From a virus (Duplodnaviria; Caudoviricetes): a stretch of 64,000 nucleotides of DNA. The position numbers and the translations under genes were made by a program. Each line of letters opens with the position of its first letter. Positions within the stretch are counted from its first letter, which is position 1. The DNA lies in the IMG/VR virus record IMGVR_UViG_3300048503_000032, positions 32,001 through 96,000 of that record. One strand, written 5' to 3'. Shown here in pieces: positions 28,629 through 37,475 of the stretch. The notes under the pieces were generated by a model. That model saw only the letters and a program-made list of their open reading frames with translations, searched no databases and was not told the DNA's origin.

Positions 28629-31600
28629 TCGACAAGATCAACGCTTTACCTAACGCTGCCAAGCCTGACGGCATGTGGTCGACTCTGCGCCGCCGCAAAG
28701 AGAAGCAGTATGGGAAGACGCAGTGGAAGAAGAATCCGATCAAGCTGATACCGAAGCCGGCGGATGCTTTGGCGTTTAAGCAGTTGCCGATTCCTTTGCG
28801 TGATAAGCTGGTGAATACGGCTCCCGTCAAGAGCTTCGATCCTCGTAAGCTGGTCACCAATCAGCCGATGGTATCTCAGGCTGACTTGGCTCATTTCGCC
28901 GATCATGGCACAGACCCAGATCCGGTCATAATCCTGAAGTCGACAGACGGGTTGTATGTCCACAACGGGAACCATCGGTCTGCGCTGGCGATGATGCGGG
29001 GGCGCAAGGTGAAGGCGCGTTACATCGATCTGTCTCAGGTGCCTCAGTTGAAGGGGAAGAAGCCGGTACCTCAGGAGCGGGCTGTGGATGCTTATAAGAT
29101 GCGGGACAACGATGGGGTGTTTACCAGCGAGGAAGCGTTGGATAAAGAGGCAAGACGTGGTGCACAGCTCGTCCACACGGCGTCGTTGAGGGATTCGGCG
29201 GGGTCTGGTGCCACTGGATCTGCCCTGGGGCAACGTGCGGCTCTGTTGGCTTCTAGCATGGTGAATTTTGATGGGCTGGTGGGGGAGGTGTTTGATGCTG
29301 GTGGGCCGGGATCAGGAAGACACAAAGAAATTCCTGGTGAAGGATGGGTTACAAAAAGCGGTAAGTTCATACCTGTGAGTCACGAAGGAGCGCACGGAGA
29401 ACATTCAGACGTAGCAAAAGCTAACGGATTAGGGAATACTGTAGATAAGGCTTTTGCTAATGGGCATGTGAGAGTAGCCGAGCTGTTAGATAATGAGTGG
29501 GGGTTGAATATAGGGAAGACTACAAGCGAAGCCTGCGAACGTTTGCAGGATGTAGTTGATCGGTTACCCGATACGACGCGAGGAATTTACATTGATTATA
29601 GTTCACGAGGGGGTAATAAATCCGCGTCAGCTCATTTTACAGGTGGCAGTGCTAAGGTTAAGGCTCTGGACTGGATAGCCAAGGGAGCCAAGACTTCAGT
29701 GTTTTATAGCGCCGCGGGGGGTCATCCGTTTGATGGGGAGAAGGCGGAGGACGGTTATGGCATCGGCAACTGTAAGGAGTGCGGCAAGCCTTGGAAGAAT
29801 AAGGCACACTGGAGGATCGCGGCCGGCGGGCCTGGTAGCGGTCGTCATAAGGAGGTTGGAGGCGCGGGATGGGTTACAAAGGGCGGTAAGTTTATTCCGT
29901 TGGAATCTAAAGATGGCCATTTGTATTCTCATGTAGATGTCGCAAATAAAAACGGGCTAGGAAAGACTTATGAGGAGGCTTGGAAGAATGGCCATGTGAG
30001 GGTGTCGACAGCGATGGGTAATAAGCTGTTGGCGTTGGAGAGTGGCAAGAATACGGCGGAAGCTCGAGAGCGGTTGATAGACATAGTTCAGCGCTTACCA
30101 GACTCCAAGATTATTACGATAGAGCACTCGCAGGGTATGCCCGGAGTTCGTTCGGTCTATCGTACTTTTTATGATCCAAGTAGTAAGGAAGAGGCTTCTG
30201 ATTGGTTGGACAAGGGAGCCAAGACTTCAGTGTTTTATAGCGCCGCGGGGGGTCATCCGTTTGATGGGGAGAAGGCGGAGGACGGTTATGGCATCGGCAA
30301 CTGTAAGGAGTGCGGCAAGCCTTGGAAGAATAAGGCACACTGGAGGATCGCGGCTGGCGGCCCAGGGTCTGGTCGTCATCCGGGTGGTGGAGTAGTAAGG
30401 CAGGGCAAGATTGTGAAGTGGGGATTGACTCCGAAGAATGAGAAGATTTTTGCAAAGTATGGACTGAAGGTCAAGCTGGTAGACGCAAAGCAGCTCCAGC
30501 CGTCAGAGCATAGTAGTTGGAGACAGGCACTGTTTACTTTCATGAAGTCTCCAAGAGACCGTAAGTATCTTGACGGCTTGACTGATGGGATGCGCGCCGG
30601 GAAGTTGGTATATCCGCTTGAGGTGGAGAAGAATAAGTCGGGCGGCTATGACGTGATGGACGGCCATAATCGGTATGTGGCAGCTACAGAAGCAGGGGAG
30701 ACAAAGATTGCTGTGTTCGAGAGTCCAGTAGAAGCAAAGCAAGACAAGTTTATGGAAGAGAATTTAGATTTGCAGAAGGTAGTGAAGGCGTCGGCCATTT
30801 CAGCTGGAGGCCCAGGCTCGGGCTGGACTACGGAGAACGGCCATGTCTCGAATCTGACTCCGCAGGACAAGGGTCAGAAGCTCCAGAAGATGGGTTTCTT
30901 TCATACGGATCAGGGTAACTACGGCGTCGGTAAGGAAGTATGGCAGCACAAGGACACCGGCACTCAGGTGCATGTGTCGAAGTACAACGCGCCCAACCAG
31001 CCGAACCTGAGAAAGTTCGAGGTCTATAAGTCGAACGGCGACAAGATTTTCAATGGGCATCAGTTCAGCAAGGCGGTTGAGAAGATGCAGAACACTCCGA
31101 TGCAGAAGTCGGAGATGAAGCCTGACACTGGGCCGAAGACTAGCCTGCCTAGCGGAGTGAAGCAGTATGATCCTACTGTGAAGCCGTCGGCGCTTGAGCA
31201 GTTGAATGTACCGAAGGGTGGTGTGAAGACGACAGAGCCATCGATTCCAGCGTCTGAGAAGAATGCTGTGTTGCAGGATGCTGGCTTCCATGTCGCATAT
31301 ACGAGTAAGTTGGTAGAGACTGGACAGCCGACAGATGTTTGGGTTCATTCTACGACTCAGGATGCGGTGCATGTGATTGCGACCGATCCTACTCACAGCA
31401 GTTGGAAATATATACCGGCGAACGGATCGCCATCGACGGGCAAGATGGCTGACGACTTGAAGCAGGCCATTGCCAATGGAGGCAAGCCAGCAGCAGTTGA
31501 TAAGCCGACATCGTCTACGAAGACATCGACTCCCGCAGCACCGAAGACGCCGGATATCATTCCGGTGACAAAGGAATGGTGGGACAAGCTGGACAAGGCT

Positions 31601-33010
31601 GCATCGGATAACTGGGTCAAGGGCGGATCGTCAAAAATGACTGGGTACTCGGATAAAGATAAGCCGAATGACTATCATAAAGATGGTACGGGCTGGTATG
31701 GCAAAGTAGCATCTGCGATGGGGGTTCCGTTTAGTTCAGTAAAAGATGCAGCACACAGGATTGATAGTTTGCAGTCGTCTGGTAAGACGGCGGAGGGCGG
31801 TAACAAGATTGGAGCTTGGAGTCAGTCGGTGGTCAATAATGTAGGACAGGCTGGCAGTGTTCATCTTGGCACGGCGATTGAGTATGCGCATGCGCAGCAG
31901 TGGATCAAAGAGAATGGGATGGCCAACAGCGGTAATATGTCTCGCGGGTACTCGGGAACTGGGAAGACGATAGATAAGGCTGTTGGTTATGTGAAGTCGC
32001 AGGATCAGATTACGCTGTTGAATACTCTGGTGCATATGCAGCCTAAGGGCTTCGAGGTCAGTCTTCCGGTGAACGGAGTAGAGGGGTTTTCGATCAAGTC
32101 TGGCTGGTCTAAGTTTACGAACGAGAAAGGTGCGATGGTACGCCTGTCCAACGTAGATCCGAAGAATGTGATTTCAGGTTGGGGCATGGGCGGTATGGTG
32201 GATAGTTATGACGGGGAGAAGGAATGGCTCTTGGCCTTTAAGGATTCCAGTATGCCTATCAGGACGTTCGCAGGCGGAAACGCGAAAGTAGAGATTATTA
32301 AGGGAGCAGTGATGTCGGCGAAGGACAAGATCTTCTGGGCTACGCTGGTTCAGCTGAAGAAGTCCGGTTGGAACTGGACAGTGAAGGGCAAGAAGATCAC
32401 CATCACGCCGCCGGGATGGTTCACCGACAGGAAGAATATCGTGCTTGACCCGGATCAGATGGCGGCGGCATCGGTGTCGTCTTCATCGGAGGAAGCGGCT
32501 GTGGATAATCTGTCGCCGGGTACCATTGCACGCGAGATGATTCGTTCTAAGGCTCTGGGCGTATCGTCGGCTGCTTACAAGCTGGCCGGCGTTACATCAT
32601 TCCAAGGCTTGCCGATCAGCATCGAGAATAAGAAGGGCGATGTGCGCAGCGGTGTGGCGGCGGACGGTAGCAAGTGGACAATCAAGATGCCATTCGACTA
32701 CGGATACATCAAGGGCACCAAGGGAGCCGACGGTCAGCCGGTGGATTGTTTCATTGGCCCTTTGAAAGACTGCAAGTTTGCATATATCGTTCATCAGACG
32801 AAGTTTGATAAGAGCGGTTATGATGAAGACAAGACGATGCTCGGATGGCCGTCGGCGGAGCGAGCTGAGAAAGCGTACAGATCTGCGTACAATAACGTCG
32901 ATTTGTTCTACTCTATGAGTGTGATCCCGATGCATGAGTTCATCAAGAAAGTGCTGAGCACAAAGAACCACAAGCGGCCGGGTAAGATCCACGCAGAGGT
33001 AGCAGCATGA
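28616..33010 (+). CDS. polyvalent protein 2: ParB-like domains, repeated modules, ART-like domain, C-terminal inorganic pyrophosphatase-like domain
   Basis: NGNHR and MDGHNR (ParB-like); four AGGPGSG tags; SRGY...GFS...EKEWLL (R-S-E ART-like); GLPISIENKKG...DYGYIKGTKGADG..VDCFIG...DEDKTMLG (polyvalent-protein InPase domain). Confidence 0.8.
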   Translation: MQSVIDKINALPNAAKPDGMWSTLRRRKEKQYGKTQWKKNPIKLIPKPADALAFKQLPIPLRDKLVNTAPVKSFDPRKLVTNQPMVSQADLAHFADHGTDPDPVIILKSTDGLYVHNGNHRSALAMMRGRKVKARYIDLSQVPQLKGKKPVPQERAVDAYKMRDNDGVFTSEEALDKEARRGAQLVHTASLRDSAGSGATGSALGQRAALLASSMVNFDGLVGEVFDAGGPGSGRHKEIPGEGWVTKSGKFIPVSHEGAHGEHSDVAKANGLGNTVDKAFANGHVRVAELLDNEWGLNIGKTTSEACERLQDVVDRLPDTTRGIYIDYSSRGGNKSASAHFTGGSAKVKALDWIAKGAKTSVFYSAAGGHPFDGEKAEDGYGIGNCKECGKPWKNKAHWRIAAGGPGSGRHKEVGGAGWVTKGGKFIPLESKDGHLYSHVDVANKNGLGKTYEEAWKNGHVRVSTAMGNKLLALESGKNTAEARERLIDIVQRLPDSKIITIEHSQGMPGVRSVYRTFYDPSSKEEASDWLDKGAKTSVFYSAAGGHPFDGEKAEDGYGIGNCKECGKPWKNKAHWRIAAGGPGSGRHPGGGVVRQGKIVKWGLTPKNEKIFAKYGLKVKLVDAKQLQPSEHSSWRQALFTFMKSPRDRKYLDGLTDGMRAGKLVYPLEVEKNKSGGYDVMDGHNRYVAATEAGETKIAVFESPVEAKQDKFMEENLDLQKVVKASAISAGGPGSGWTTENGHVSNLTPQDKGQKLQKMGFFHTDQGNYGVGKEVWQHKDTGTQVHVSKYNAPNQPNLRKFEVYKSNGDKIFNGHQFSKAVEKMQNTPMQKSEMKPDTGPKTSLPSGVKQYDPTVKPSALEQLNVPKGGVKTTEPSIPASEKNAVLQDAGFHVAYTSKLVETGQPTDVWVHSTTQDAVHVIATDPTHSSWKYIPANGSPSTGKMADDLKQAIANGGKPAAVDKPTSSTKTSTPAAPKTPDIIPVTKEWWDKLDKAASDNWVKGGSSKMTGYSDKDKPNDYHKDGTGWYGKVASAMGVPFSSVKDAAHRIDSLQSSGKTAEGGNKIGAWSQSVVNNVGQAGSVHLGTAIEYAHAQQWIKENGMANSGNMSRGYSGTGKTIDKAVGYVKSQDQITLLNTLVHMQPKGFEVSLPVNGVEGFSIKSGWSKFTNEKGAMVRLSNVDPKNVISGWGMGGMVDSYDGEKEWLLAFKDSSMPIRTFAGGNAKVEIIKGAVMSAKDKIFWATLVQLKKSGWNWTVKGKKITITPPGWFTDRKNIVLDPDQMAAASVSSSSEEAAVDNLSPGTIAREMIRSKALGVSSAAYKLAGVTSFQGLPISIENKKGDVRSGVAADGSKWTIKMPFDYGYIKGTKGADGQPVDCFIGPLKDCKFAYIVHQTKFDKSGYDEDKTMLGWPSAERAEKAYRSAYNNVDLFYSMSVIPMHEFIKKVLSTKNHKRPGKIHAEVAA
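29680..30354 (+). repeat. exact 144-bp direct repeat (29680-29823 and 30211-30354)
   Basis: Identical DNA encoding KGAKTSVFYSAAGGHPF...CKECGKPWKNKAHWRIAA, offset by 531 nt. Confidence 0.95.
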
Positions 33011-33828
33011 GTGTTCCAGGATTCACGCCGTGTTATATATTCCCCAGCGAGTTGCAGGCGTATGGGTTGCCGAGCCCTGCTGCGCAGCCTGACATCCAGA
33101 ACCTTGTCTATCTGGCGTCCAGCATAATCGACGAGGCTTGCGGAAGAGTTGACGGAGATGGCAACGGATCGCTGGTGTTCACGACGTACACGCAGCGTAT
33201 GCTCATGCAGACGAGGAATCGGAATTTGTGTCTGCTGCCGATGAAGCCGATCGTGCCGGTTACACAGGATCAGATCGACGCGCTGACAGCTCAGGCATCG
33301 GCCAGCGGCAGCGGAGGAAATTATTATCTGACGGGAAATCTACAGGCGAGTACGTTCATCAGCCCGATGGGGACGCTGTCGGGTATTGTGGGGGCCAGCG
33401 GAAGGTATGGATACACGCGGCAGGATATGTCGGTTGCTTATCCTGACTTGTTTGCATTCATCAACCCACTCAATCTTGTGACCATGTTCGGTGGGCCGGC
33501 TCCGTGGGTTGCTGTAGACATCACCAACACCGACTACGATTACAAGACAGGTGAGGTATGGGTGCCGGCGGGACTTCAGCTTCAGCGGTACTCGGAGATT
33601 CTGATTGTATACAACTGCGGGTTCGATCCTAACAAAATGCCTCCGGGCATCAAGCTGGCGACGGCGTGCTTAGTCAAAAATGCGCTGGCAAAGGGGGATG
33701 GGACGACTGCACTGACTAGCATGAGCTTGAGTCGTAGCGGAGCTTCGTTTGGTTTCATGCCTGGATCATTGATTGATCCTACGGTTGATGGATTGCTACT
33801 TCCGTGGAAGAAAATCATGGCGTACTAG
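33007..33828 (+). CDS. head-tail adaptor/connector
   Basis: ASSIIDEACGR, YNCGF..MPPGIKLATACLV and LLLPWK typical of gp6/gp15-like adaptors; synteny. Confidence 0.7.
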   Translation: MSVPGFTPCYIFPSELQAYGLPSPAAQPDIQNLVYLASSIIDEACGRVDGDGNGSLVFTTYTQRMLMQTRNRNLCLLPMKPIVPVTQDQIDALTAQASASGSGGNYYLTGNLQASTFISPMGTLSGIVGASGRYGYTRQDMSVAYPDLFAFINPLNLVTMFGGPAPWVAVDITNTDYDYKTGEVWVPAGLQLQRYSEILIVYNCGFDPNKMPPGIKLATACLVKNALAKGDGTTALTSMSLSRSGASFGFMPGSLIDPTVDGLLLPWKKIMAY

Positions 33829-33842
33829 GGAAGTTGACTGTA

Positions 33843-34322
33843 ATGGGGTACTCGGGGTTGAATATCGGCTTCGGCATTCAGCGGCTGGTGGACGCTCAGC
33901 AGCGTTACACCCAGGCTTCGCGTGTTCCGATATTCATGCGGCTGCGCAACTTCGTTCCGCCGACCAACGAGTTGTATGCTCAGCTCGGGTACACGATTAC
34001 GCCGGGAGTTGGACAGACAGGAACGTCGGATATCCTGATTGCTCCGCCTCCGTCGACTCGGCTGGTATCGATGCACAATATCGGGATGTCTTCAGGGAAG
34101 CTGAGGTTCGGGGCGAGGTATTTCATAATCTCAGGGACGTTTGTGAACGCTCAGCAGGCAGCTTTAGGAGTATCTACGCCTGAGCATCTGTGGATGTCAC
34201 CACAGTTCGTAGGCATTTATGCGTATGGGGTTTTGTGGTCGGTAGAACAATACTCTTCAGAAGAGTTGGGCGGAGTGCCGGTTTTGTGGATTTTGACTTG
34301 CAACGCGAACGAAATTAAGTAG
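33843..34322 (+). CDS. putative head closure protein
   Basis: Position after the adaptor; size. Confidence 0.5.
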   Translation: MGYSGLNIGFGIQRLVDAQQRYTQASRVPIFMRLRNFVPPTNELYAQLGYTITPGVGQTGTSDILIAPPPSTRLVSMHNIGMSSGKLRFGARYFIISGTFVNAQQAALGVSTPEHLWMSPQFVGIYAYGVLWSVEQYSSEELGGVPVLWILTCNANEIK

Positions 34323-34325
34323 GGG

Positions 34326-34337
34326 TAGTTCGCTGTT
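34326..34337 (+). promoter_or_regulatory. late-type promoter motif, copy 5
   Basis: TAGTTCGCTGTT in an intergenic gap; the -10 box is ambiguous. Confidence 0.5.
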
Positions 34338-34397
34338 GCGATCAGGTCGGATGGGATTCTAGTATAACGCGAGTGATCAAAGTACTGAGGTGAAGAG

Positions 34398-34976
34398 ATG
34401 AATCTGAGCAATGCGATGGCGCTGCGAAGTGAAGGCAGACAGATTCAGGCTGGCGCTATGCCGAAGGCGGATGCCAAGTACACGCCTGTTCATGCTGGCG
34501 CGCACGATCATCTCACCAAGATTGGTTACATGCACACTGGCAACAAGACCCGCGGCGGGATCACGACCAGCAATTATTTCAAGTCCAAGATGGGCAACAC
34601 CAGAAACATCGCTGTTCAGAAGGATGGATCGTTCATCAAGACATCGAAGACGGCCAAGGGAACGCGCCGGTCGCGTGGTAAGCTCGACGCATGTGGTCTG
34701 AAGATGAAGGCTTCGGTGACTGTCGATGCTGGAGGCCCAGGGTCTGGTCGTCATGCTGGTGGGAGCAGTGGGCCGAAGGCGAACTATAACGGGAACCAGA
34801 AGGCTTTGGATATCATGCATAAGGGCATGGTTTCTTCAGGGTATACTTATAACAGGTCATCTCCGTCCGAGACAGTTGAGGGTGCGCATTTTCACGACTA
34901 CAAGGGCAAGGACGGTATGACCAGTGCTGGAATCCGCGAGCATTCGGACGGTAAGCTCGAGTTTTTATCGAAGTAG
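34398..34976 (+). CDS. basic two-module protein carrying the VDA-GGPGSGRH tag
   Basis: GAGG RBS; shares its tag with polyvalent protein 2. Confidence 0.7.
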   Translation: MNLSNAMALRSEGRQIQAGAMPKADAKYTPVHAGAHDHLTKIGYMHTGNKTRGGITTSNYFKSKMGNTRNIAVQKDGSFIKTSKTAKGTRRSRGKLDACGLKMKASVTVDAGGPGSGRHAGGSSGPKANYNGNQKALDIMHKGMVSSGYTYNRSSPSETVEGAHFHDYKGKDGMTSAGIREHSDGKLEFLSK

Positions 34977-34985
34977 AGGAGACTT

Positions 34986-35255
34986 ATGGCGAACAGGACA
35001 GTGATGATCCGCAGACCGATGCTTCACGGTAATACGACGCGCATGGTGCGTGCGACTGTTCTGTCGGAGAGCGATGGCATGCTCCGTGTGGTTGAGCAGG
35101 GAAGCAATAAGCCGATCACGGTGAAGGCATCGGAGACGATGGATGCTCCCAAGACATTCGGTACGCGGCTGGCGATGCAAAGCGGCGTTGTCATCCAGAG
35201 ATCGTTACCGGATAATCCCAACAGTCTCTCGCGTATCATCGAGGGCAGAGGTTAG
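34986..35255 (+). CDS. hypothetical protein
   Basis: GAGGAG RBS. Confidence 0.6.
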   Translation: MANRTVMIRRPMLHGNTTRMVRATVLSESDGMLRVVEQGSNKPITVKASETMDAPKTFGTRLAMQSGVVIQRSLPDNPNSLSRIIEGRG

Positions 35256-35303
35256 GCTTCACCCGGTCACCCGGCCGGCAAATCTGACGAGGAGAACTAC
35301 ATC

Positions 35304-35567
35304 ATGGCAAGCACAACTTTGATTGCGAATCTGAAGACGGTTATCGCCAATGGCCCAAGCACGGTGACCAAGGCGAACGCCATTGCACAGGCCGGGCCGA
35401 TCACGGACTATGTCGGCATGTGCAACAGCGTTCTGACCAACCTGGACGAGGCCGAGGTCAAGTTGAACGGCGTCGCTGGCGTGGCAGGATTGCTGGCGCT
35501 GACCGATCCGACCACCGACGCAGCGAACTACACGCTGCTGAGCAACGTGCTGGCATCTCTCAGCTAA
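35304..35567 (+). CDS. hypothetical, possibly virion, protein
   Basis: GAGGAG RBS; biased codons like the capsid gene. Confidence 0.6.
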   Translation: MASTTLIANLKTVIANGPSTVTKANAIAQAGPITDYVGMCNSVLTNLDEAEVKLNGVAGVAGLLALTDPTTDAANYTLLSNVLASLS

Positions 35568-35583
35568 TCCTGGGAGGCCGGCG

Positions 35584-36105
35584 ATGAGTGTGACGGCGAC
35601 GATATCGGGGATAGACGAGCTGGTTGCGAGTCTGTCTGCGGTACCGTCGCTTGTTACGTCGGGCGTGAAGACGACGGACGAGTTGAACTACATCAAGGCT
35701 CTGGTATGGGACATGGGTTACGTCCATCGCAAGATAAACCCTGGCCCTAAGACATTGTGGTCAGTCAACGCACTAGGTGAGCAGAAGGTGCTGACCATCT
35801 ATGCGCCGACTGGTTTCATCCGTGTGCAGCGGAACAAGTATCTGGCGATCTTGAAGGACGAGTTCATCAAGGCGAATTTTGCTGCTAGGCCGATTTCAGA
35901 GTGGGGTATGCTGGCAGACAAGATGATGCGGAACGCGGCCTCACGCTGTGCTACGGTGATCTCGGCTGGCGCTCCGGTTGACAAGGGCGATCTGAAGGAC
36001 AGTATCGAGGCTGCGTTGCCGGGGGATTCTGAGTTGAGCGGCAGCGGGTACGGCCCATACGGAACGATGGATCTAGACATGAGCAGTTTTCTGGAGGAGT
36101 CATGA
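35584..36105 (+). CDS. tail completion/neck protein (HK97 gp10-like)
   Basis: ISGIDELVASL N-terminus and APVDKGDLKDSI motif. Confidence 0.65.
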   Translation: MSVTATISGIDELVASLSAVPSLVTSGVKTTDELNYIKALVWDMGYVHRKINPGPKTLWSVNALGEQKVLTIYAPTGFIRVQRNKYLAILKDEFIKANFAARPISEWGMLADKMMRNAASRCATVISAGAPVDKGDLKDSIEAALPGDSELSGSGYGPYGTMDLDMSSFLEES

Positions 36106-36317
36106 ATCAGGGTCAGTTGATTGAGGCGGGGAAGCATGTAGTCGTGGCGAAGAGTGTGATTCCTGTCCATGCCGGTCAGCACAAGATGTTGACTGATGAG
36201 GGATTCCAGCATGTGCGCAACACCGGCGACCACAGCACTTATGTCAGTCCCAAGGGCGGTATCAAGATTCGGACACGCGGCAACGGTTTCATGACGGCTG
36301 TACCCAACAAGAAGTAG
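36102..36317 (+). CDS. HicA-like small protein
   Basis: KMLTDEGFQHVRNTGDHSTYVSP resembles HicA L-x3-GF-x3-R-x2-GSH-x2-Y. Confidence 0.5.
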   Translation: MNQGQLIEAGKHVVVAKSVIPVHAGQHKMLTDEGFQHVRNTGDHSTYVSPKGGIKIRTRGNGFMTAVPNKK

Positions 36318-36340
36318 CTATTCAGGGATGAGGAACGTAT

Positions 36341-36811
36341 ATGGAACAGTTGAAGCAGGACTATCGCAGCAAGGAATTGTCGCGGGTGAAGATTTATGAT
36401 ACGGACTTCAGCGGTCAGGATCTAAGCCGCTTGAAGATGCGCCAGTCAATCTTCCACCGCTGCAATTTTGACAAAGCGGATATGACGGAAGCCGATTGCG
36501 AAGGCACCGATTTCTTCGGCAGCACATTCCGTGAGACGGTGATGTATCGCACCAACGGTAAGGATGCGAAGTTCGCGGGCACAATCTTCGAGCCCAAGGA
36601 TGCATTCGGTTTGACGATTACATGCTCATGCAAGACGTTCGATGGGATGCATATCTCGAATATCTGGTGGTACAACTTCATCATGTATGCGTTGTTGATG
36701 AAGCCGGGAACGGATGAGGACACGAAGAAGCTGCACAATGGTTTGATTCAGGTGATCGGGCCAGCGCGCTATGTGAAGCTGAAGGCTCTTTTTTCAAAGC
36801 GAGAAATATGA
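36341..36811 (+). CDS. pentapeptide-repeat protein
   Basis: TDFSG QDLSR ... CNFDK ADMTE ADCEG TDFFG STFRE periodicity. Confidence 0.75.
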   Translation: MEQLKQDYRSKELSRVKIYDTDFSGQDLSRLKMRQSIFHRCNFDKADMTEADCEGTDFFGSTFRETVMYRTNGKDAKFAGTIFEPKDAFGLTITCSCKTFDGMHISNIWWYNFIMYALLMKPGTDEDTKKLHNGLIQVIGPARYVKLKALFSKREI

Positions 36812-37377
36812 GTAGTGTTCCTGCCAATCCGGTTATGGTGGACGTGCTGGACACGTTCTATTTTTATATTGCGGCCAACATCGCCAAGCTGACACCGGTG
36901 ACGACGGTACCGATCACATTGCAGGGGATGGTGAATACAGCGGACTGGCCTCAGATTGAGTTGGTGGATGGCGGTCTGTATCTGCTGTATCTGACGTCGG
37001 TCGAGATGCCGGAGCAGAGTACAAAATCGCAGACGTATTTTGAGCATTACTTGCAGTGGGCATGGACGTTTCTCGGATCGGATCTGGCAGCGAATCAGGT
37101 AGGGGCCAACCGCGGGGATCGCGGTAGAAACAATCTGGCGCTGGTGGAGATGCTGCGTCAGGCCCATTTTCCTGGGTTCTGCCCCAAGCAGTTTTCTCAG
37201 TGCGATCCGGATACTGGCGTGGTAACCTTCACTGCATACACTCCGGTGGAGATGATTAGCTGGGGAATGCCGAGGCTTGGTACCAAGATGGCGAACGCTC
37301 AGTCGGGCGTGTTGTACGGTACGGCTCCGTTAGAGGTTTACGGATTCTCGACTGTGAACCCGTTGATGAATCCTTAG
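36808..37377 (+). CDS. putative tail terminator
   Basis: Position immediately before the major tail gene; size. Confidence 0.5.
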   Translation: MSSVPANPVMVDVLDTFYFYIAANIAKLTPVTTVPITLQGMVNTADWPQIELVDGGLYLLYLTSVEMPEQSTKSQTYFEHYLQWAWTFLGSDLAANQVGANRGDRGRNNLALVEMLRQAHFPGFCPKQFSQCDPDTGVVTFTAYTPVEMISWGMPRLGTKMANAQSGVLYGTAPLEVYGFSTVNPLMNP

Positions 37378-37381
37378 TTGG

Positions 37382-37421
37382 TAGTTCGCTGTTGCAGTCA
37401 TATAGCTGGGCGGGATAGCAT
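37382..37421 (+). promoter_or_regulatory. late-type promoter motif, copy 6 (tail operon)
   Basis: TAGTTCGCTGTT-N22-TAGCAT. Confidence 0.6.
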
Positions 37422-37475
37422 AGGTTAGGTTTCGAGCGGTGTGACCGACGAATCTGAATTTAAAGGAGTGACACA

